DNA of 24,000 bases from an uncultured Rhizobiaceae group bacterium (GTDB taxonomy: Bacteria; Pseudomonadota; Alphaproteobacteria; Rhizobiales; Rhizobiaceae): the NCBI GenBank assembly GCA_938010435.1, contig CALLUS010000004.1, positions 75,230 through 99,229 on the forward strand. The letters run 5' to 3'. Positions 10,242 to 16,236 of the stretch are shown here, piece after piece. The stretch's first letter is position 1. The number at the start of each line of letters is the position of its first letter. The notes under the pieces were generated by a model that saw nothing but the letters and a program-made list of their open reading frames with translations, was not told the DNA's origin and made no database searches. The translations under genes and the position numbers were made by a program.

Positions 10242-11087
10242 CTAAGCTGCTGGCACTCGATGAGTATCATCTTTGACATTAGACTGCTCAATGGCGGATT
10301 TTGCCCAATTGAGTTTCTTATAATCAAATCCATGTTCAATGGTGGGTTTAATGGTGGCAAAATAAGGCGACAGATCAAAATCACGCGGTGCGAAAAGGGA
10401 ATGATGTCTGATATGCAAGATTTCTGATCTGGCATAGGTCTCACAATCATCACCAAGGCATTTGGGCAACTGTTTCACATCAGGCAAAATCGGATATTGA
10501 ACAGATTGGAACGCCTCTGCGATAAGGGTCGAACAAATCGCACGCGTTGGGTCACCAGAACCAAATGCGATCATTTTACGACGCCAGCGGGTTGGAACGG
10601 GAGGTGTTGGCAAAAGATAGCGCAACATATCAAGAATATTTCGCGTGTCGTAAGCCACGCCAATCTTACCGACCATGAATTGAACAATTTTCTGACGATC
10701 CTCGGAGCTCAAACCTACGGGCCTACAAATTCGCGTGTTATAGGTTTCATATCGGTTCAAGGGAACAGAAATGCAGCCCTCACCCAAATTCACTTCAATC
10801 AATCTGGGGCGGTTTTCGTCAAGACCGTCTTCAGACGCAGGCAATGCATCACCTACATATATTGCCGCATGGGACCATGTGGATTGAGTGAGATATTTGA
10901 TGGCTGCCGATACTTTTTGATTGCCTTCAACAAGCAACACATCACCCGGCTGGAGTGTTTCCCGAAGAATTTCCGGAGAGGAGGGCGTGTAGGGTTCATA
11001 ACCTGATGATTGCGCGGTGATTTTTCCGGCAACAAGCTCAGCAATCCAGTCCAACCATGTTCTTTTGATATTCAAAAGTAACTCCAA
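10242..11087 (-). CDS. YiiX-like permuted papain/NlpC-P60-fold hydrolase (putative)
   Basis: 281 aa. GDVLLVEG....AIKYLTQSTWSHAAIYVGD (His region) precedes AICSTLIAEAF (Cys region), the circularly permuted order of the YiiX family. The start is uncertain: TTG at 11087 or TTG at 11075. Confidence 0.5.
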   Translation of the reverse strand: MELLLNIKRTWLDWIAELVAGKITAQSSGYEPYTPSSPEILRETLQPGDVLLVEGNQKVSAAIKYLTQSTWSHAAIYVGDALPASEDGLDENRPRLIEVNLGEGCISVPLNRYETYNTRICRPVGLSSEDRQKIVQFMVGKIGVAYDTRNILDMLRYLLPTPPVPTRWRRKMIAFGSGDPTRAICSTLIAEAFQSVQYPILPDVKQLPKCLGDDCETYARSEILHIRHHSLFAPRDFDLSPYFATIKPTIEHGFDYKKLNWAKSAIEQSNVKDDTHRVPAA

Positions 11088-11115
11088 AACGTCACGTTCT
11101 GTTTTAATGTGACAT

Positions 11116-11139
11116 GATTTTTCAACGACGATTTTTCAA
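11116..11139. repeat. perfect tandem direct repeat GATTTTTCAA-CGAC-GATTTTTCAA
   Basis: Read directly. It lies 30-50 nt upstream of the YiiX-like start, within the likely promoter or operator region. Confidence 0.8.
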
Positions 11140-11340
11140 TAAATTTCACGTTGATGTCAGCAATGTCGTACGCAGCTGTTAGCGCAATAACACTGTTATG
11201 TCCTATTGAGAATATCGTTCTTTATGACAATTTGGATTTTTTGAAGGACTCTGTTGCGCTTGAAGCCCAAACAGAGAACGCTACATTGTCCCCATAATCT
11301 CGTTGCAGTGTCAATAGCCGACAAGCGGCTTTGTTGAAGT

Positions 11341-11400
11341 GGGCCCGCACACGAGTCATCATTTTCATGAGGGATGAGAAATAATGATTGGTGCGGACCC
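11341..11400. other. 60-nt imperfect hairpin (outer arms GGGCCCGCAC / GTGCGGACCC, 9/10 pairs, further internal pairing)
   Basis: Read directly. It lies in a 639-bp region with no convincing ORF. Confidence 0.7.
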
Positions 11401-11412
11401 GTCATGCATATA

Positions 11413-11428
11413 AAGTGGCCGGCCACTT
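11413..11428. repeat. perfect 16-bp palindrome AAGTGGCCGGCCACTT
   Basis: Read directly. There is no flanking T-tract on either strand. Confidence 0.85.
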
Positions 11429-11454
11429 GCAAACACGGCCCCAAACGCATGTGT

Positions 11455-11508
11455 CAGCCACAGATCCGTACCGAGGTAAACCACGGTTGCGCCCCGATCT
11501 GTTAGCTG
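11455..11508. other. 54-nt hairpin (CAGC+ACAGATC paired with GATCTGT+GCTG, 11 bp with an internal loop)
   Basis: Read directly. It is adjacent to the two structures above. Confidence 0.7.
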
Positions 11509-11726
11509 ACAACGGCTTATATGACTTTAGTTGCTCACTTTTGGCAGGTATATAACTGTTATATGGATGTAACACTGAATTTAATCATTTTAAATCATAT
11601 AGTTACATTATATCATATTTTGTGCTTCTTGAAGTGATCGACGCAAAGACAAGATATTTTCTCAAAAACTCCTGATAATTTTATGCAACATCTGAGCATG
11701 ACATGCTCAAAACACCAAAGAGTCGT

Positions 11727-12506
11727 CTAAGATATTGAAAATTGCAGAAGTGTCTTTTTCAAGAGTTCCAAGTCTTCATCTCGGGATAATCTATGATCAC
11801 CGTCTTTAACTAGTGTCACTTGTATATCATCATTTGCGAGAGTTTCCACAACTCGCAAAGCATGTTGCCAAGGAACATCAGGGTCTTGCATACCTTGCAA
11901 GATGCGAACTGGACCACCAACATTCAATTCTGTGTCGAGCACAAGGTTTTTACGTCCATCTTCGATCAACAATTTGGTGATAATTGTTGGTTCATCTGAA
12001 TATTCACTGGGCTCTTCTAAATAGCCTCTGATTTCAATTTCATTTTTTTGGTCATCCGAAAATTCAGGCTCCATCAGTTCCTTTGTGAAATCAGGAGCTG
12101 GCGCGATCAGTAACAAACCGCCAACGCGGCCGCTTTCACCGATCTTGTTCAGCTCTTGCACAACACGTAGCGCGATCCATGCACCCATTGATGACCCCAC
12201 AAGAATTTGCGGACTATCGGTCTTCTGACAAATAACCTGCACACTTTCTGACACCCAGCGTGAGATACAACCTTCTACAAACTCACCACCGGAGACCCCA
12301 TGGCCCGAATAATCAAACCGCATAGAGGCACAGCCTGCCGAACGCGCGCATTCAACCATGGTTTCAGCTTTGGTTCCCGCCATGTCTGAACGAAACCCGC
12401 CGAGCCACACGAATCCACGCGACTTGTTTGCAGCAGCCAATACCTTTACAGCCAGAGAAGTTGATTGCCCGTTCCACAGGTGATCAACAGTGGTATCAAC
12501 TTCCAA
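11727..12506 (-). CDS. alpha/beta-fold hydrolase
   Basis: 259 aa. It has the nucleophile elbow GSSMG, with later D (MQDPDV) and H (DGDHRL) completing a Ser-Asp-His order. The start is TTG. Confidence 0.75.
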   Translation of the reverse strand: MEVDTTVDHLWNGQSTSLAVKVLAAANKSRGFVWLGGFRSDMAGTKAETMVECARSAGCASMRFDYSGHGVSGGEFVEGCISRWVSESVQVICQKTDSPQILVGSSMGAWIALRVVQELNKIGESGRVGGLLLIAPAPDFTKELMEPEFSDDQKNEIEIRGYLEEPSEYSDEPTIITKLLIEDGRKNLVLDTELNVGGPVRILQGMQDPDVPWQHALRVVETLANDDIQVTLVKDGDHRLSRDEDLELLKKTLLQFSIS

Positions 12507-12575
12507 ATCAAAGTCTCCTAAATTGAGCTTGGAACCCTTTCAATTATTGAAGCGCGGAACGTCTGAAATATCAAC

Positions 12576-13754
12576 ATGAGTGATGAACCAACCACAAAAC
12601 ATGTTCTTCAAGTCATCCCCGATATGGGAACTGGTGGCGCAGAAAAAACAACCCTTGATATTGCCAATGAATTGGTTCGATTGGGGTGGAATTCAACAGT
12701 CACGAGCAATGGGGGGCGCTTGGTTTCAGCGTTGGAGGCTGGCGGCAGCACCCATTTGAAAATGTCTATGCACTCAAAAAACCCAATTACAATCATCACC
12801 AACGGGTTCAGATTAGCGCGTATCATCAAAGCTGAAAATATCAGTATTATCCATGCTCGGTCTCGAGCGCCTGCCTGGTCTGCCTTGATTGCAGCACGTC
12901 TCACGGACATTCCATTTGTCACAACTTATCACGGCGCTTACAGCCAGTCCGGGCGACTTAAAGCTCTCTACAATTCCATCATGGCGCGCGCGGACGCCGT
13001 TATCGCCAATTCCCATTGGACTGCTGATCTGATCCGAAAACGTCATCCATGGTCCCATGACAAAATTAGCGTGATTCATCGTGGAACAGATTTTGATGAA
13101 TTCGCCCCAAAGGCGATTTCTGATGAACGCCTAAAAAACATAAAGAGCACTTGGAACATCAAAAATGACGACTTCGTTGTTCTAAAACTTGCACGATTGA
13201 CCGATTGGAAAGGTCAAAAATATCTCATCGAAGCGGTCGCTCTGATTATCGAAGAGTTCCCTCATGTAAAACTCGTTTTGGCAGGTGATGCTCAAGGACG
13301 TGACACTTATAGAAACCAGTTGATGGATTTGATCAAAAAATACGATCTCCAAAAGAAGGTCATATTGCCCGGTCATTGTGATGACCCAGCAGCTGCCATG
13401 GCGACTTCACATGCAGTGGTTGTCGCCTCAACAGATGCGGAAGCATTTGGCCGCGCAGCTGTTGAAGCCAGCGCCTTTGAAAAACCTTTGATTGTGACAC
13501 GTATTGGCGCGGTGGTTGAAACAGTTTTGGCTGAACCTGAAGTCACAAAAGCGAAGGCCACCGGCTGGAAAGTACCTCCGGCAAACGCCGCTGAAATGGC
13601 ACGTGCTTTGAAAGAATTGCTTCTCTCCTCAAAGGATGAACAAAACGCCATTGGAAAACGAGCGCGTGCTTATGTAACAGCCAGTTTTTCGCTTCAGAAC
13701 ATGTGCTCGAAAACCATATCCGTTTATAATGCATTGCTGAGCAAACAGCGTTAA
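12576..13754 (+). CDS. glycosyltransferase family 4 (GT-B, group 1)
   Basis: 392 aa. The N-terminal GGAE motif (MGTGGAEKTT) and the C-terminal E(x7)E-type region (EAFGRAAVEA) are typical of GT4 retaining transferases. Confidence 0.75.
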   Translation: MSDEPTTKHVLQVIPDMGTGGAEKTTLDIANELVRLGWNSTVTSNGGRLVSALEAGGSTHLKMSMHSKNPITIITNGFRLARIIKAENISIIHARSRAPAWSALIAARLTDIPFVTTYHGAYSQSGRLKALYNSIMARADAVIANSHWTADLIRKRHPWSHDKISVIHRGTDFDEFAPKAISDERLKNIKSTWNIKNDDFVVLKLARLTDWKGQKYLIEAVALIIEEFPHVKLVLAGDAQGRDTYRNQLMDLIKKYDLQKKVILPGHCDDPAAAMATSHAVVVASTDAEAFGRAAVEASAFEKPLIVTRIGAVVETVLAEPEVTKAKATGWKVPPANAAEMARALKELLLSSKDEQNAIGKRARAYVTASFSLQNMCSKTISVYNALLSKQR

Positions 13755-13903
13755 TGTGTATTCATCATAGGGCGTTTCTCTTCATCAGGTTTCACGCAGA
13801 GTCCCTGTTTTTCTTATGAAACCATGCTATAGGGAAACTGCATTTGGTGATTTGACCATCAAATGGTTCGATTTTTTACGTCAACAACCAGGAGTTAACA
13901 GCC

Positions 13904-14440
13904 ATTCGCCGTCCACATAGAGCCGCAGCACCGCAAAAAAACGGTCCACGCGCAAACCAAGATATTTCCGCCACAGAAGTTCAATTAATTGACGCTGAAG
14001 GCACAAACCACGGAACCGTGGCAACAAGTCAAGCATTAGAAATGGCGTTGGAAGCCGGATTGGATCTCGTTGAGATTTCACCAACTAACCGCCCGCCCAT
14101 TTGTAAAATTCTAGATTTTGGTAAATATAAATATGCTGCCCAGAAAAAGGCTGCTGAAGCACGCAAGCGCCAAAAAACCATTGAAGTCAAAGAGATCAAA
14201 ATGCGTCCCAATATTGATACGCATGATTATGACGTGAAAATGCGTTCTGTTCGCAGATTTTTTGAAGACGGCGATAAGGTCAAAGTCACTCTTCGTTTCC
14301 GCGGGCGCGAAATGGCGCACATGAATCTCGGCATGGACCTTCTGAAGAAGGTCAAAGAAGACACAGAAGAAATTGCCAAAGTTGAAGCCGAGCCGAAACT
14401 GGAAGGCCGTCAGATGATGATGGTTCTGGCTCCCAAATAA
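13904..14440 (+). CDS. infC: translation initiation factor IF-3, initiating at a non-canonical ATT codon
   Basis: Track ORF 14018..14440 starts at an internal GTG. The frame is open back to 13856 and encodes (I)[32 protein letters not shown], which aligns with the conserved IF-3 N-domain start (MRRPF...GPR.N..I...V.LID..G). The ATT at 13904 lies 9 nt after AGGAG (13890-13894). The predicted protein is 178 aa. Confidence 0.85.
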   Translation: MRRPHRAAAPQKNGPRANQDISATEVQLIDAEGTNHGTVATSQALEMALEAGLDLVEISPTNRPPICKILDFGKYKYAAQKKAAEARKRQKTIEVKEIKMRPNIDTHDYDVKMRSVRRFFEDGDKVKVTLRFRGREMAHMNLGMDLLKKVKEDTEEIAKVEAEPKLEGRQMMMVLAPK

Positions 14441-14504
14441 CCGGCTTTCTTTAGACTTTTCACGACACCGTTAGAGATACGGGCATTTAATCGTGTTTCA
14501 GGCA

Positions 14505-14547
14505 TTTACCCTTGGGAAAGAGTTGTTAAACTGTTTCTTAGGGTAAA
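14505..14547 (+). other. extended hairpin (TTTACCCT / AGGGTAAA plus GGGAAA/UUUCUU with G-U pairs) between infC and luxR
   Basis: Read directly. The stem has 8 perfect bp plus 6 more, with a 1-nt bulge and a 14-nt loop. There is no T-tract after it. Confidence 0.6.
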
Positions 14548-14681
14548 GTCGTTGGAAGCGTTCCTAATTGGAACATTTGTGTCGGCGTGGGCGTGAAATT
14601 GATGATGTATCGGATCTAATTTGATATGTTTGTTGAATTGCTTTCCCACTTACCCCTAATGTGAAATTGAGGGCGCATGGG

Positions 14682-15422
14682 ATGGGGACTCCCGAATTAA
14701 CAGACGAGTATGATCGTTTTTTCGATGAATTGAGCAGATTGCCAGATATTAATCTGTGCATTGAAAAGATTTGTTCCGAATTTAAAATTCAATTTGTCAC
14801 GTACCATTTGGCTTTCCACGAAGGGAAAGCCATAGATTCACCCTATGTTAGAACCAATTACCCTGCTGACTGGGTAAGTCAGTATTTGACAAATGATTAT
14901 GTTGAAATTGATCCAGTCGCACAAAGCGGCTTTAAACGGGCTCTGCCTTGCCTTTGGTCGGACCTAGATTGGTCATCTGATAAGTCGGTAGATTTTAAAA
15001 ATGATGCTCAAAAGCATGGTATTGGCACTTCTGGATATCTTGTACCAATAACCGATCGCCGGCGCCGTAGAGCAATTGTCAATTTTGCCAGTTCTGCAAA
15101 AGAATCAATTTGGTCACATAAGATCAATGATATAAGTCTTTTGCTGCAAGAGTGTGCTGAGATTTTACATCGAAAAGCGATTGTAGATCTTTACGGTACA
15201 GACGATGAAAAGCCCGCACTGTCTCCTCGCGAAATTCAATGTTTGACTTGGGTTGCACAAGGCAAAGACGCGAGTTCAATTGGTCTTATTCTAGGTATTT
15301 CCGAACACACAGTGCGTGATTATTGCAAAAGTGCAAAACACAAACTCGGCTGCTCAACCATGTATCAGGCAATCCATAAAGCCACGATGCTGCGATTGAT
15401 TGATCCTGACTCACTGAACTAG
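14682..15422 (+). CDS. luxR: LuxR-family AHL-responsive transcriptional regulator
   Basis: The autoinducer-binding domain shows the conserved W/Y/D-P/W/G pattern (YPADWVSQYL..YVEIDPV, LPCLWSD, GIGTSGY). The C-terminal GerE-type HTH reads LSPREIQCLTWVAQGKDASSIGLILGISEHTVRDY. I prefer the ATG at 14682 (GAGGG 8 nt upstream); the track start is the GTG at 14661. Confidence 0.9.
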   Translation: MGTPELTDEYDRFFDELSRLPDINLCIEKICSEFKIQFVTYHLAFHEGKAIDSPYVRTNYPADWVSQYLTNDYVEIDPVAQSGFKRALPCLWSDLDWSSDKSVDFKNDAQKHGIGTSGYLVPITDRRRRRAIVNFASSAKESIWSHKINDISLLLQECAEILHRKAIVDLYGTDDEKPALSPREIQCLTWVAQGKDASSIGLILGISEHTVRDYCKSAKHKLGCSTMYQAIHKATMLRLIDPDSLN

Positions 15423-15461
15423 ATAACACAAACTCCATTCATAGTTTTTGAACTTCACCAA

Positions 15462-15479
15462 CCCCCTAAATTTGGGGGG
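15462..15479. promoter_or_regulatory. candidate lux-box-type operator CCCCCTAAATTTGGGGGG upstream of luxI
   Basis: This 18-bp dyad has 8 of 9 symmetric pairs. Its centre is about 80 nt upstream of the luxI ATG and about 32-37 nt upstream of a -10-like CATATT (15503-15508), consistent with a box centred near -42. An extra TTTGGGG half-site lies at 15485-15491. Confidence 0.45.
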
Positions 15480-15550
15480 GTGAGTTTGGGGAATTGTTGA
15501 TTCATATTGAAATCTGCTGCGATGCATCATCACAATTGAGGAGGTGATGT

Positions 15551-16213
15551 ATGTTTTTTGTCTTGGAGGACCACAACAGAAACGAATATCCAACGCTCTA
15601 TCAGCGCATGTTTCAACTTCGCAAAGAAGTTTTCGCGGAACAATTGGAGTGGGATGTCAAACTGTCTAATCTTGGAGAGATTGATGCCTATGACGACTGC
15701 AACCCAGCTTATTTGATATGGACCAACGCTGACAAAACAATATTATACGGCTGCCTGCGACTTTTACCCACGACCGGACCGACCCTTCTATACGATGTGT
15801 TTCGTGACACATTTCCCAACAATGTATCATTAACTGCCCCTGGAATTTGGGAGGGTACACGCCTTTGTATCGATGAAAAGGCTTTGGCCAAAGACCATCC
15901 TGCAATGAACCCAAGGCGTGCGTTTTGTCTTATGTTGCTTGGGCTATGTGAAGTGGCCCTGCAATTCAAAATCCACACATTGATCTCAAATTATGAACCT
16001 GCGACCAAACGGTTGTATAATATGTCTGGTGCTGTGCTCACCGAGCTGGGACGGGCAAATAGTTACGGCAAACGCCCTGTATGTGCCGGGAGTTTTGAAG
16101 TTTCCCAAAAAGTTCTTAAGAACATGAGGATCAGATTGGGGGTAAACCATGCATTGCTAAATAATGACTTTCCTGATGATGAGAAAAAAGCAACCCAATC
16201 TCAGGCAGCCTAG
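15551..16213 (+). CDS. luxI: LuxI-family acyl-homoserine-lactone synthase
   Basis: 220 aa with a strong SD (GAGGAGGTGA) 4 nt upstream. Conserved LuxI residues are visible: FQLRKEVF..L.W, EIDAYDD, RLLPTTGPTLL and IWEGTRLC. Confidence 0.92.
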   Translation: MFFVLEDHNRNEYPTLYQRMFQLRKEVFAEQLEWDVKLSNLGEIDAYDDCNPAYLIWTNADKTILYGCLRLLPTTGPTLLYDVFRDTFPNNVSLTAPGIWEGTRLCIDEKALAKDHPAMNPRRAFCLMLLGLCEVALQFKIHTLISNYEPATKRLYNMSGAVLTELGRANSYGKRPVCAGSFEVSQKVLKNMRIRLGVNHALLNNDFPDDEKKATQSQAA

Positions 16214-16236
16214 CCGCAGATTTGCAAAATATCGTC

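Noticed and set aside
11154-11297. 47-aa plus-strand small ORF (MSAMSYAAVSAITLLCPIENIVLYDNLDFLKDSVALEAQTENATLSP)
   Set aside because: It has no SD upstream and no signal-peptide or RiPP-like features I can defend. At this length it could easily occur by chance.
11196-11450. 84-aa minus-strand ORF in the large intergenic gap
   Set aside because: It has no SD and no recognisable family. Its composition looks non-protein-like, and it overlaps the hairpin and palindrome cluster. It is more likely non-coding.
13854-13877. Small hairpin (ACCA/TGGT core) followed by TTTTTT, considered as the GT4 gene terminator
   Set aside because: The stem is only 5-6 mostly A-T pairs, and it lies 13 nt before the infC SD. 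A strong terminator there would block infC unless a promoter lies in between. Evidence is insufficient.
15462-15479. CCCCCTAAATTTGGGGGG read as the luxR transcription terminator
   Set aside because: The hairpin is followed by GGTGAGTTTGGGG rather than a U-tract. Its position relative to the luxI -10-like element fits an operator better. A dual role cannot be excluded.
15492-15537. Long-range inverted repeat AATTGT(T)GAT ... ATCACAATT flanking the luxI promoter/leader, considered as a lux box or RBS-sequestering hairpin
   Set aside because: The arms are about 28 nt apart, too far for a LuxR dimer site. The right arm ends just before the SD and does not cover it. The pairing is AT-rich and has a bulge.
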